Below are positions 50,430-60,277 of a stretch of 60,562 nucleotides of DNA, in pieces. Source of the DNA: a virus (taxonomy: Duplodnaviria; Caudoviricetes); IMG/VR virus record IMGVR_UViG_3300002052_000004, positions 1 through 60,562 of that record; one strand, written 5' to 3'. Under the pieces are notes generated by a model. It saw only the letters and a program-made list of their open reading frames with translations. It was not told the DNA's origin and did no database searches. Made by a program: the position numbers and the translations under genes. Position 1 is the first letter of the stretch; the number at the start of each line of letters is the position of its first letter.

Positions 50430-50904
50430 GCTAACCATCAGGAGGTGTAATATGGTGCAAAATGTAGAACACTTCGTAGAAGTTACGCCTCCTCTCACCT
50501 GGAGAGCGACCTATAATGATGGCACGGTACTGAGCCAATACAACCCTGATGGGTCGAAGAACAGTTACAACAATCTCGATAGGGAGGGTCTTACAGCATT
50601 TGAATTGCTGAACAAAGCAACAGGGCAGACCATCATTGTTATTCATCTTGACAAAGGTAAGAAACTCATCTGGAGAATGCGTGTTGCTCTTAGACTGGGA
50701 TATATGACAAAGCAACGCGTGCATCTTATTGGTTGGCAGGAGAACAAAATTCTCTTCCGTATTCGAAATTTCGCGATATGCCGAAAGGTTGAAACTATCT
50801 GTGCGATATTCGGTGATGGGCATATTGAGGTCACGGGTGGTTTCAAGAAAAAACATCCGTGGCTCTATCCAGTAATCTTGAGAGAGGCTGAGAAGCTTGA
50901 GTAA
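50419..50904 (+). CDS. Hypothetical protein (likely start 50452)
   Basis: RBS GGAGGTG before ATG 50452. Confidence 0.55.
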   Translation: MNPELTIRRCNMVQNVEHFVEVTPPLTWRATYNDGTVLSQYNPDGSKNSYNNLDREGLTAFELLNKATGQTIIVIHLDKGKKLIWRMRVALRLGYMTKQRVHLIGWQENKILFRIRNFAICRKVETICAIFGDGHIEVTGGFKKKHPWLYPVILREAEKLE

Positions 50905-51214
50905 GTACATCCGTCACGGGCAATGTAATCGTTGCGGTGAATGCTGTAAACAAGTAGGTGCCCGTATTATGGTTTCGAAAGACACAGGACTCTGTAGATT
51001 TCTCATTGAGAAACCTAAGGGAGTCTTCTCTTGTCGGATTACGATGGATATCTTCCGTAAAAGAGTGAAAAAACCAGGGAGCGTAACGGAGAAGCAATAT
51101 CAATACTGGCTGAATGAGTGTCAACCGTTTCCTAATCCAGATGACCCAGCACATTGTCCGCCAAGGTATGTACTTCCCAAGAAGTGTGGGTATCAGATGA
51201 TTGAGGTGAAATAG
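50897..51214 (+). CDS. CxxCxxCC (YkgJ-like) Cys-cluster protein
   Basis: GQCNRCGECC...CRFL...C...CQPFP...CGY. Confidence 0.7.
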   Translation: MSKYIRHGQCNRCGECCKQVGARIMVSKDTGLCRFLIEKPKGVFSCRITMDIFRKRVKKPGSVTEKQYQYWLNECQPFPNPDDPAHCPPRYVLPKKCGYQMIEVK

Positions 51215-52399
51215 TTGGTTACAGAGGAAAGAAATGCAACGACTTTACAAGCTGCCGGACAGTGGGCGAATGAATCCAACTTTACTGGAGCACATAGTGG
51301 CAGCTGTATGAATGAAGATACTGATGGTCACGTTTCTGGAGAGTTCAGTTTCAACTTCTCAGTCATTCCAGATGGCGCGACAATTGATGGTATCGAAGTT
51401 TTACTGCACTGTATTGCAGGGGACGGAGATGATGATTTAACAGTTGAGCTCTACGATTCAGTAAGCACATGGAGATTGAAAGACGTAGTTGACCCCGGTA
51501 GTGGTGCAGCATGTGGTGATTGTGTCGATAAGACAGTAGGGGGCGCAACTGACACCTGGGGAGGTACATGGACAGGTGCACATATCAAATCTTCAAGCTT
51601 CCGAATCCGAGTCACAGCAGTAAAAGCGGCTAAGGCAGGTGGATACTGGGCGTGTGATTACTGTCTCGTCACGGTTCATTATACTGCAGTAACATCAAAT
51701 ACGAAGGACTTTACAGCTGACGCGATTTTAAAAGCAATTGGAACGAAAAACTTCTCGATGGATGCGATGTTAAAGTTCGTTCAAACAAAGGTTTTCAACA
51801 CTGACGCATTGTTAAAACACGTACAGACGAAAGCATTTGATGTTGACGCATTGCTAAAAGCTGTGCCTACAAAGACTTTTGATGTAGATGCGATACTTCT
51901 AAAGGCACAGACAATAGATTTTACCGTTGATGCGCTTTTAACTGTACCGCAAACGATAGATTTCACAACGGACGCAGTACTTAAGCTTTCACCGAAGAAA
52001 ACCTTCGATGTAGACGCGATTTTGACGCAAGCTCTGACGAAAACCTTCACGGTAGACGCGATTTTAGCATTTGTACAGACGAAAACATTTACGGCAGATG
52101 CAATATTGTTCTTGAAACCAACGAAAAGTTTCACTGTGGACGCACTATTAAAGGCAATTCAAGCAAAAACCTTCACGGTGGATGCATTACTCCTGCAATC
52201 TGTGGAGAAAACATTCGTTGTGGACGCAATTCTTACGAAGTCTTTCACAAAGACGTTTGAAGTTGATGCACTTCTTACGAAAACTCTAACGAAAAGTTTC
52301 ACATGTGACGCAATTCTCGAAGGTGGAGTACCGCCAGAACCTGTAGTTGACCGTGTACCTTCACCCAGTCCGTCAGTATCTGTGAGCGTGAGTATATGA
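51215..52399 (+). CDS. Putative fibre protein with 15 tandem 14-aa repeats
   Basis: N-terminal beta domain (IPDGATIDGIEV), then KxFxVDA(I/L)Lxxxx(T) x15 at 51704-52318. Confidence 0.75.
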   Translation: MVTEERNATTLQAAGQWANESNFTGAHSGSCMNEDTDGHVSGEFSFNFSVIPDGATIDGIEVLLHCIAGDGDDDLTVELYDSVSTWRLKDVVDPGSGAACGDCVDKTVGGATDTWGGTWTGAHIKSSSFRIRVTAVKAAKAGGYWACDYCLVTVHYTAVTSNTKDFTADAILKAIGTKNFSMDAMLKFVQTKVFNTDALLKHVQTKAFDVDALLKAVPTKTFDVDAILLKAQTIDFTVDALLTVPQTIDFTTDAVLKLSPKKTFDVDAILTQALTKTFTVDAILAFVQTKTFTADAILFLKPTKSFTVDALLKAIQAKTFTVDALLLQSVEKTFVVDAILTKSFTKTFEVDALLTKTLTKSFTCDAILEGGVPPEPVVDRVPSPSPSVSVSVSI

Positions 52400-53775
52400 A
52401 AATCGTGAGACCTGATAAAGAATTTACCTTAACCGCGACAGTAAAGGATGAAAGGGGAAGACTTACTGACCCTGAGACACAAGAAATTACGATAAAAGAC
52501 CCTTGGAAAGACCCGATAATAACCTTAACTACGCCAGAAAGAGTCGATAAAGGACTTTACCGTGCTGTGTTTAAGCTACCAAAAGACGTGGAGGAAGGCA
52601 CTTGGATAATTGAATGGCTCATTACTGTTCATAGAAGAGCGGCTGTACAGAAGACAGAGATACAAGTTTCAAGGAAGGTTATCGGAAAGAGAGAGCTGCA
52701 GATGGAAGTTAGACTGAAAGATTACTTCATAAACTTCATAGGAGAAAGGGAAGTTTCATCAATTATGCTCAAAAGTTTGTCGAAAAAAGTGCTCGTAGAC
52801 TGTGGAGAAGGCAAAAGTATTCCAGAAGGAGTGACGGAAATCATCGTAACTCATGCACATCCAGAGAATGCATTCGGATTGAAAAGCAAAAAACTTAGTT
52901 ACCCTGTATATGTGAACAAATTTACAAACCCCATCCTGGTGAAGAAGAACTTCCCGTTCCGGCGGAAAATCTTCTGGAAGAAAGCATTTCAAATCGGTGA
53001 GATGAACATCACTCCTGTGCCTGTTTTACATTCGGTGAACGCACCAATGACAGGACTAATAATCGAACTCGGTGGGTATAAAGTTGGTTACTTTCCGGAG
53101 GTACTTGGCATACACGATAAGTCTGTGCTGAATCAACTTAACCTATACATCGGTGACGGGAAGTCCCTCGATGAGGATATTGTCAGCCAGAGGGAGAAGA
53201 AGAAATTCGGTCACGCATCTATTCGTACACAACTTGCTTGGTTACAGAAAGCAGGTGTTAAACGTGCCCTCTTCGTAAACCTCGGAAAATGGGCGAGAGA
53301 CTCTTCAATTGTGCGAGAGGTATTTAAAGCTCTCGGAGTTGAGTTTGATATGAAAGTTGTTGCTGTTAACAGTGACTACCGTATACATATCTCGGACAAG
53401 TTAGCCCTTCAGAAACGTCTTCCGAGGGTAACCACTCTGGAAGATTTATTGAGTCATTGCAGAGCACCAATTGCTCTCGAAAAGGGTAGCACCGTTATCA
53501 TCAGTGGAACGGTGAAGCCAGGAGAAATGGAAGGCAGCGTTGAACTTCAACAAATGCAGGGCGATGAGACATTAATCCTCCTGAATGTTAGTGACATTCT
53601 CCCACCGGACATCGCAGAGCGTCTTCTGCAGAAATATTCCGATAAGTACAGTGAAGAAGCCGCGGACTCTGTGCGTAATCTCGCTTTATCCTCCGGTCGT
53701 AGATTAGCGACAATTGTTGACATGAATTCTGCACGAGAGAAAGAAGAAAATCCAAAGGAGAGTAATGAACAGTGA
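52396..53775 (+). CDS. Ig-like domain fused to a metallo-beta-lactamase-fold domain
   Basis: LVDCG, THAHPEN (degenerate HxHxDH), VLHS, IGDG, GHAS. Confidence 0.7.
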   Translation: MKIVRPDKEFTLTATVKDERGRLTDPETQEITIKDPWKDPIITLTTPERVDKGLYRAVFKLPKDVEEGTWIIEWLITVHRRAAVQKTEIQVSRKVIGKRELQMEVRLKDYFINFIGEREVSSIMLKSLSKKVLVDCGEGKSIPEGVTEIIVTHAHPENAFGLKSKKLSYPVYVNKFTNPILVKKNFPFRRKIFWKKAFQIGEMNITPVPVLHSVNAPMTGLIIELGGYKVGYFPEVLGIHDKSVLNQLNLYIGDGKSLDEDIVSQREKKKFGHASIRTQLAWLQKAGVKRALFVNLGKWARDSSIVREVFKALGVEFDMKVVAVNSDYRIHISDKLALQKRLPRVTTLEDLLSHCRAPIALEKGSTVIISGTVKPGEMEGSVELQQMQGDETLILLNVSDILPPDIAERLLQKYSDKYSEEAADSVRNLALSSGRRLATIVDMNSAREKEENPKESNEQ

Positions 53776-54044
53776 ACTTTCCATCTCCATCTCCTCATCG
53801 AACATTCGAACGAACATCTCCACAACCTTTAAATACTTGCTCGGGAATATTACATATGAACCTCTCGCTAATGCTGGTGAAAGGCAGTCCGCGCAGGAGA
53901 AGTGTACAAATGTTAGGCTCTTATTGCAGTTCCCTCCGTGCTGTAACAAGGAGCTCTGAAATACTACTCGATTGGTCCCATCGAGCGGTGCTTCAACGAA
54001 ACTTTGTGCACTTCTCCGGTAGGATAATGAGGTGAGAAGAAAAA

Positions 54045-55472
54045 ATGCCATTACCAAGTCCGAATAAAGATGAAACACGAGACGCTTACGTTAATCGCTG
54101 TGTTTCATTTGTGCATAGCGAAAGCAAGGAAAAAGTCGCGAATGCGCAAGCTGTAGCGATGTGCATAAACAACTTCAACAGGAAACATAAAAACCTTGAA
54201 CGAAAGGTATTCCTCCATGTACATCCTACGTATAAAGCGCTTGGAAACGCTCTGGTCGTAACAGGAGAACTCCTCAAACCTGGCATATTCATTGGTCTTG
54301 ACGGTGTTCCGACTAGATATACTGAAGAATTTATCAATCGGGTGAAGAACTCAATCGTTGGGAAACCAATTCGTTTCGCACACAAAATCTCCCCTAGTCC
54401 AGTTCTTCCAGAGATAGAGCAGGGAGAGACAGTTGGATTCTGGACAGGTGTGAAACGCGGTAAAACATTAGGTGTCAAAGGATATGTTTTTAACCCCATT
54501 GCGATAGAGTACTTAAACACCCATCCAAACATCGGTCTTTCTGCGGAAGCCGATGTTGTCACATCAATCAAACCGGGCGTTGGTATAGAAAACGCCGAAA
54601 CTGGAATGCTTACGGGCGGAGTCATGATAGAAGACCCTGCTTGTCCGACGTGCAGAGTCACGTCCACCCGTGAGGTAAACCTCCAAAGCGAGGAAAAGGT
54701 GAGTGACGCGTTGAGCGCAACTACGGATACGACAGGAGATAGCAAACCATTCATAGAGTTAGTCGAGGAAGAGGGATTGAAACTCCCAACACGAGCTGAG
54801 TTCCTGGATAATATGGTGCAGCAACTAACTAAGGCGGGTATCAAAGAAGAGACGATTGGCAAGATTCGAACGTACTTGGAGAAAGGAATTAACTCCCCTA
54901 TCAAAGTGCCAAAACCATCGACGCAAGAAGCTGAGCTTCTTAGCGCACTAACGGTAGAACTTGCAGGGGATAAACAAGAGGATTTCAAGAAATTCATGGA
55001 AGGCTGTGTACCGAAGGACGGTATACAGAAGTGCGTACTACAGTGGAAAGAGAAGAACCAGGCAGCGAAACCTCCAGAAGTACCTCCACCTCCGAGAACA
55101 GCAGAGACCCCCACGGAGAAGGAGAAGGAGCTGGAGGATAAACTGACGCAAACTAAAACGGAACTTGAAGGTCTGAAGAAGGTTGTCGGCCTTCAGGAAA
55201 AGGAGAAGTTCGAGGCATTGACAGAAGACATTAAATCGTACGACAAAGACTTCAAGGCTGAAAGATTCCTTGAAGGTGTGACTTGTCCGGTGACGAAGAA
55301 CAAGATGTTACAGGGATATCTGTCCGTTCTGAAGAAACATGTGAAACCAATCAACCTACAGATCGGGGAGGAAAAGGCTCGTACGCAAGTCAAGAGCTTA
55401 ACAGATGAGATGTTCGGACCGAACGCAACCTTTGAGTCAATCTTTGGTATTAAAGACGAAAAAGGTGAATAG
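54045..55472 (+). CDS. Prohead protease/scaffold protein
   Basis: MPLPSP...YVNRC...QAVAMC N-terminus, GKPIRFAH, GLSAE, DPAC, coiled-coil C-terminus; upstream of the capsid genes. Confidence 0.7.
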   Translation: MPLPSPNKDETRDAYVNRCVSFVHSESKEKVANAQAVAMCINNFNRKHKNLERKVFLHVHPTYKALGNALVVTGELLKPGIFIGLDGVPTRYTEEFINRVKNSIVGKPIRFAHKISPSPVLPEIEQGETVGFWTGVKRGKTLGVKGYVFNPIAIEYLNTHPNIGLSAEADVVTSIKPGVGIENAETGMLTGGVMIEDPACPTCRVTSTREVNLQSEEKVSDALSATTDTTGDSKPFIELVEEEGLKLPTRAEFLDNMVQQLTKAGIKEETIGKIRTYLEKGINSPIKVPKPSTQEAELLSALTVELAGDKQEDFKKFMEGCVPKDGIQKCVLQWKEKNQAAKPPEVPPPPRTAETPTEKEKELEDKLTQTKTELEGLKKVVGLQEKEKFEALTEDIKSYDKDFKAERFLEGVTCPVTKNKMLQGYLSVLKKHVKPINLQIGEEKARTQVKSLTDEMFGPNATFESIFGIKDEKGE

Positions 55473-55474
55473 AC

Positions 55475-55930
55475 ATGTCTGAAGTTAGAGGAGCAGATTC
55501 AAACGAGTCGCGAGAATGCTCAGATGCTTTAGATGCTGAGGGATACGTCCTCGGTATGCCAGATGCAAACGGTATTGTGGCGAAATGTGCAGCTGATGCA
55601 CAGGTCTATGGTGTCGCACAGAAGTCAACGAAACATCCTATAACGGGAACTGCGGAAGCAGACAAAGAAGTCGGTGTACTCCGTGCACCAAAGTTTGCAA
55701 TGGTACAGTACAACAACGGTGTTGGTGAGACGATTTCCGTTGGAAGTCTTCTCTCAATGAAAGGAGCGAACGCCGCAGGATGTTGCAGAGAACACTCTTG
55801 GACGACATGGGCCGCCGGAACAGGAACTGAGCGAAAGACACTTGTTGGGATAGCTCTTGAAGCAAAAGCACAATCAACCTCCGGATTAGTCAAGTGTATT
55901 CTACTTTGCCCATCGTTCCCGATGCAATAG
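55475..55930 (+). CDS. Capsid decoration/cement protein
   Basis: YGVA...VGIALEA motifs; between scaffold and major capsid genes. Confidence 0.6.
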   Translation: MSEVRGADSNESRECSDALDAEGYVLGMPDANGIVAKCAADAQVYGVAQKSTKHPITGTAEADKEVGVLRAPKFAMVQYNNGVGETISVGSLLSMKGANAAGCCREHSWTTWAAGTGTERKTLVGIALEAKAQSTSGLVKCILLCPSFPMQ

Positions 55931-55942
55931 TGGTGAATAACG

Positions 55943-56878
55943 TTGCCAGAAACATTAGGTGCAGTATTAGAAGACGTGGTTCGGCAAGTTGCCCTGCAGT
56001 TGACCACATCTGATCAAGTACTAAGACGCGACGTTATCAGGAACTTCATCTACAGAGGTGCAGGCGTCCTAACTGACGCTACTATGATTTTCCCCGAGAA
56101 GTTCTACAACGGACTGGATATACAGACGGAATTCAACAGTAACCTTGATGTCGACTACCCTGTAGCTGAAGGTGCTGAGGGAGAAGAGGGACGAATCGAG
56201 TGGACTAAGTTCTACATGATTCTGGAGAAAGCGGAAGGAAGCTTCAAAATTACGGATGAAGCTAAAATCCGTGGATACCAGAACAAACAGTGGACGACAG
56301 GTGTCCGCTCGCTTGCTAGAGCCTACGCGAAGAAAAAGAACTATGACATCCTCAGCAAGATGGTTGCAGGATTCACATTATCTAATGCCACAGGTGGCGC
56401 TTGGGATACTAGTACGGATTATGTCGTTAGCGACATAGGTGCTGGTATAAATGCAATTCTCGAAGATGAAACAGCAGACATTGCATTGAGAGACATTCGG
56501 AACATGGTTGTTGCCCTACCAATAAAGGCGTTTAATATCGCCGCACAACTTACGACAATCGCCAATTTAAAAATGAGCTTTGCTGACTATATCAGAGGAC
56601 AATTCCCTGGCCTGAAGATTGTCCCGTTCAAAGAGATATCCAAGTCTACTGGGCTTGGAGGCGGAGACGACGGATACGTTGTCGTTACAGGCGAAGAGAC
56701 AGGTGAACATGGTGTATACCGTGCGGGGTTAGTTCCACTAGTGGAGCAGAAACGTAAAGGCGCATCTACGAAATACACAGTCCGACAATTCTTCGCAAGC
56801 AAGGTAGTTCCTGACTCAGATGCTGTCGCTACTTCCAGTCGTATCTATCAGATGACAGGCATCTTAGGTACGCCGTAG
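55943..56878 (+). CDS. Major capsid protein (HK97 fold, inferred)
   Basis: 311 aa; VAEGAE, FKITDEA; canonical position. Confidence 0.75.
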   Translation: MPETLGAVLEDVVRQVALQLTTSDQVLRRDVIRNFIYRGAGVLTDATMIFPEKFYNGLDIQTEFNSNLDVDYPVAEGAEGEEGRIEWTKFYMILEKAEGSFKITDEAKIRGYQNKQWTTGVRSLARAYAKKKNYDILSKMVAGFTLSNATGGAWDTSTDYVVSDIGAGINAILEDETADIALRDIRNMVVALPIKAFNIAAQLTTIANLKMSFADYIRGQFPGLKIVPFKEISKSTGLGGGDDGYVVVTGEETGEHGVYRAGLVPLVEQKRKGASTKYTVRQFFASKVVPDSDAVATSSRIYQMTGILGTP

Positions 56879-56995
56879 CACTTCGGTGCGTAGCGGTGAC
56901 AGTGTAACAAACTTTCCGTCTTGGCCCGGAGGGGCAGACGTTAAACAAACCGTGGGAGGGACGAAACCTCCAAATATCTCTAATGAAGTGGTGTT

Positions 56996-57334
56996 ATGAG
57001 CAAAGAGGAGAAACATAATCCCGGTCTTTTCGTTACACATGCGGAGTGCGCAAAAAATATGCGAACCTTGCGGAATGAGATTCGTCGCGCTAGAAGAGAG
57101 TTAACAAAAGAACTCAATGGTACAAGCATGGATGTGAAAAAAATAAAGAATGCGCTAATCGGAGAGGATTTAAAAGGCGGAGGAATAGTAGGAAAGATAA
57201 ATGCTATTGAGGATAAGCTAAAGAAGAAGTGGGGACCGAAGGAGTATGCTACAGTCATAACAGCAATCATCGTAGGATTCGGCGGTATTGCGGCCGCAGC
57301 AGTAGGAGTCTTACCGCACCTATTGGGAGGTTAA
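56996..57334 (+). CDS. Coiled-coil protein with C-terminal TM helix
   Basis: Hydrophobic C-terminus; GGGIVGKINAIE. Confidence 0.6.
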   Translation: MSKEEKHNPGLFVTHAECAKNMRTLRNEIRRARRELTKELNGTSMDVKKIKNALIGEDLKGGGIVGKINAIEDKLKKKWGPKEYATVITAIIVGFGGIAAAAVGVLPHLLGG

Positions 57335-57357
57335 TATACGGGAGGTGTACATAAGAC

Positions 57358-58572
57358 ATGTCAAAACCTGAGTTAAGTGGAATTCCACCAATTTGGACCA
57401 GAGAGGATGTGGAAGCACTTAGAGACCATGCTCTCGAAGGAATTGGTAGCTTCATGATACGTAAGGACGGTAGTAACTTTGAAGCAATCTATAATAGTGG
57501 ACCAAATCTAGCCGGTACACTTCTTGCTGCGGCAACATCAACTGATGCATTGGCTACTTTTCAAGCAGTTGAGTCTGTTGCGTTGGTTAACCAAACCATC
57601 CACATAAAGCATGCTGATTATAACTTCTCTGCAAAGTGGGAACCCGCAAAGAAGTTGAGATTAATAGGAGAAGGATTGGGAACGAGATTACTACCAGATG
57701 GTGCATTTGATGCAATCGATACAACCAACCTATCGTTACTCAATCTGGTGTGGAGAGATGCAGACTCAGTAGACCATGATGCATGTCTTGACCCAAGCTA
57801 TTTTGAACCAGTATATAAGAGTGGTAGTTATGGTCGGAAGACTACATTTGAGGATACTTATATGTACGAACAACCGAATCCGTACAATGTGGTGGGTACT
57901 ACACAAAAGATTTGGTCAAGAATCTGGTATTGGCCTAGGGTGACAGACCTCGATATTCTAAACTTAGCTTTTGGAGCAAGCTTTGACATCAATAGTATAA
58001 CCGGGACGTTGCTGGTTTCGGAAAGACTGACAGACCTCACATCTATGAATAATACTGAACTGCAACAAAGCTATACATCAATAGGGACAGGGTTAATAGC
58101 TGCTGATGCTACTCAAACTATTGACCATCCTACTGGTGGTTTATTTGACCCTTACACAATTGATAATCTAAAGGTTGAGTTAATATTCCGAATGCAAAGT
58201 GGAGGACAGTCTGCACAAATAGCTAATGTTGATTTGTTTCTAGGTTGCGGAGAGATGTTTGTTGGAAACCAACTTCTCATGAAACTCCACGGTAAAGGAT
58301 TTGTTCTTCCATCATTTGTCTTTGCGACACTTGGAGCTGCACCTGCAAATGAAACGCACCTAAAACTTGATACTGGTGACGGTATTATAGGGGCATGGGC
58401 AGAAAAGGTGTTTGATAGTGAAACAGCAGGGCTCTTTCAAGCTGCAGACCCAGTAGACAGAAAGGTCCCACTCCTTATTACTTCAGATGGTCTAATTGTT
58501 ACGGGTGGGGTGACGACCTCACAACACCAAGTTGTTTTTGTTGAGGGAATGTCTGGGGTGTTTACAAGATGA
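57358..58572 (+). CDS. Putative virion fibre/spike protein
   Basis: N-terminal motif resembling the start of a beta-helix (IHIKHADY...LRLIGEG); late module. Confidence 0.5.
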   Translation: MSKPELSGIPPIWTREDVEALRDHALEGIGSFMIRKDGSNFEAIYNSGPNLAGTLLAAATSTDALATFQAVESVALVNQTIHIKHADYNFSAKWEPAKKLRLIGEGLGTRLLPDGAFDAIDTTNLSLLNLVWRDADSVDHDACLDPSYFEPVYKSGSYGRKTTFEDTYMYEQPNPYNVVGTTQKIWSRIWYWPRVTDLDILNLAFGASFDINSITGTLLVSERLTDLTSMNNTELQQSYTSIGTGLIAADATQTIDHPTGGLFDPYTIDNLKVELIFRMQSGGQSAQIANVDLFLGCGEMFVGNQLLMKLHGKGFVLPSFVFATLGAAPANETHLKLDTGDGIIGAWAEKVFDSETAGLFQAADPVDRKVPLLITSDGLIVTGGVTTSQHQVVFVEGMSGVFTR

Positions 58573-59936
58573 GTTGGAAAGGTACACTTCGCGAAATGTC
58601 GGAACCTCATGATTTCGACCCTAATGACTTCCAGGCAGGGGCATTTGCTGTTGGTGCGCAATATTTGGGTGTGCTCACCGAGAAGGGCGGTTGGAAAGGC
58701 AACATGAATTCACTTTCGCGTATGGCTGAAGCTTATTCCTGGTCTTTACTTGATGAGCCATGGGACTCACAAGGTACCTGGATAAAGGTGGGAGATGGTA
58801 TTGTTTGGATTACAGATGGATACCTCCTTTTGTGGAGCCAACCAGGACCCGTTGCACTCTATAAAGTATTGGATGGTGGATTACCAACTCAGTACACAAT
58901 TGAGGTCCAACGACTACTGACTGATGATGTCTGGTCTGATTTGAATGTTGATGACGGTGAACATTTCGTAGCGATTAGGCTAGATAGAGAGAATTATAGA
59001 TTTGGAGTAATGAACAACGCTGGTTCATACGTATGGATTACTGCCCCAGAATACATAGAGGAAACTTTTACCTATACATGGCGATTTGTGGTTGATAGTG
59101 AGGGACACAGTATAAAGGCTTACTGGTCTTGGCTTGGATTACCCTTCACTTACATTGGAGAATGGACTGACATAAGACATACCCAAGAGTCGGATGGATT
59201 TGTTTGGGTCGGCGTTGCTAACACTGCTCAAACTACACAAGAGTACGACTTAAAGATTGCTCCTGGTCTTCATCCTCCACCCGACATCTCACCAGAGTTA
59301 GTAAAGTTAAATTCTGTACTTACTGAGAAGGGTGTTTGGAAAGGTACATTAGAAAGTATAAGTACAGAAATGATACTGTGGGACATAATGTCTGAAGAGT
59401 GGAGTTCACTAGGTACTTGGGGAGTCTCAGAAAACATAACTTCCATAATTAGTCCGCCTGGGCAACTATATCAAGCACCTGGTGCTGCGTATGGTGGCTT
59501 TCGTTATAAGACTCTTGGTGGTGGTTTGCCATCAAAATACACAGTAGAGTTCCGGGTGAAGGTAGATGATTGGGACGACGACGGGACTCAATTCCGCAGT
59601 ATGGCCGATGGTGAACATCTGGTTAAGTTTCAGATGTGGCCAGGTATGATAGGTGTTATGAACAGCAGCGGAAGTTACAACACCATAAACCTTGCAACAG
59701 GAGGATGGCACATATGGCACCTGCTTGTTGACTCCGCCAACGAGAATGTGAAGGTTTATAGAGATTTTGAGTATATTGGCGAATTTACCAGCCTGAAGGA
59801 TGATGTCACTAGTGACGGTTATGTTTCTACAGGATTTGCTACTGGTGCCAAATATCACGAGGATTATTGGAGAATCCATACTGGGTTACAAGTACCCTTT
59901 CGAGGGAAACTAAGAGGAGTGTTGAGTGAAAAATGA
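58569..59936 (+). CDS. Virion protein with two tandem ConA/LamG-like domains
   Basis: Internal duplication (LTEKGxWKG...W..GTW...YKxLxGGLPxxYTxE...DGEHxV...YIGExT). Confidence 0.6.
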   Translation: MSWKGTLREMSEPHDFDPNDFQAGAFAVGAQYLGVLTEKGGWKGNMNSLSRMAEAYSWSLLDEPWDSQGTWIKVGDGIVWITDGYLLLWSQPGPVALYKVLDGGLPTQYTIEVQRLLTDDVWSDLNVDDGEHFVAIRLDRENYRFGVMNNAGSYVWITAPEYIEETFTYTWRFVVDSEGHSIKAYWSWLGLPFTYIGEWTDIRHTQESDGFVWVGVANTAQTTQEYDLKIAPGLHPPPDISPELVKLNSVLTEKGVWKGTLESISTEMILWDIMSEEWSSLGTWGVSENITSIISPPGQLYQAPGAAYGGFRYKTLGGGLPSKYTVEFRVKVDDWDDDGTQFRSMADGEHLVKFQMWPGMIGVMNSSGSYNTINLATGGWHIWHLLVDSANENVKVYRDFEYIGEFTSLKDDVTSDGYVSTGFATGAKYHEDYWRIHTGLQVPFRGKLRGVLSEK

Positions 59937-60277
59937 TAGTATTCGATATGCATCGTGGGGACGATAAACTCTACGAACTTATCGTAACAGATAAGAATAC
60001 GGGTAACGCTGTTGACATCACTGGATGTATGCTAACGATGACTTGGAAGGAGAATAAAAAGGACAGTGGTTATTACCTCCAGAAGACCAATGGCAGTGGG
60101 ATAACTTTAACTGACCCGACAAATGGTAAGGCTGAGATAGCAATTGACAAGACTGATACGTCAGGGTTGGATAAGTATAAAGAATACTTCTTTGATGTGT
60201 ACATACTGAAAACTACTGGTAAAGGAGAAACCTTACTCGAAGGGAAGTTTAAAGTTCATGAGGATGTGACAACATAA
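59933..60277 (+). CDS. BppU-like Ig-fold virion protein
   Basis: RGDD...AVDITG...TDPTNGK...DT...FDV...EGKFKV..DVT. Confidence 0.7.
   Translation: MIVFDMHRGDDKLYELIVTDKNTGNAVDITGCMLTMTWKENKKDSGYYLQKTNGSGITLTDPTNGKAEIAIDKTDTSGLDKYKEYFFDVYILKTTGKGETLLEGKFKVHEDVTT

Noticed and set aside
51704-52318. Periodic DNA repeats as a CRISPR array
   Set aside because: In-frame 42-nt coding repeats with synonymous variation; no constant repeat/unique spacer pattern
53765-54035. Two short overlapping ORFs after the MBL gene
   Set aside because: Cannot decide which, if either, is real; no motifs
54086-55114. Long antisense ORFs (this 342-aa ORF; also 3412-3972, 4420-4965, 19983-20576)
   Set aside because: Shadows of well-supported genes on the opposite strand; no RBS or recognisable motifs
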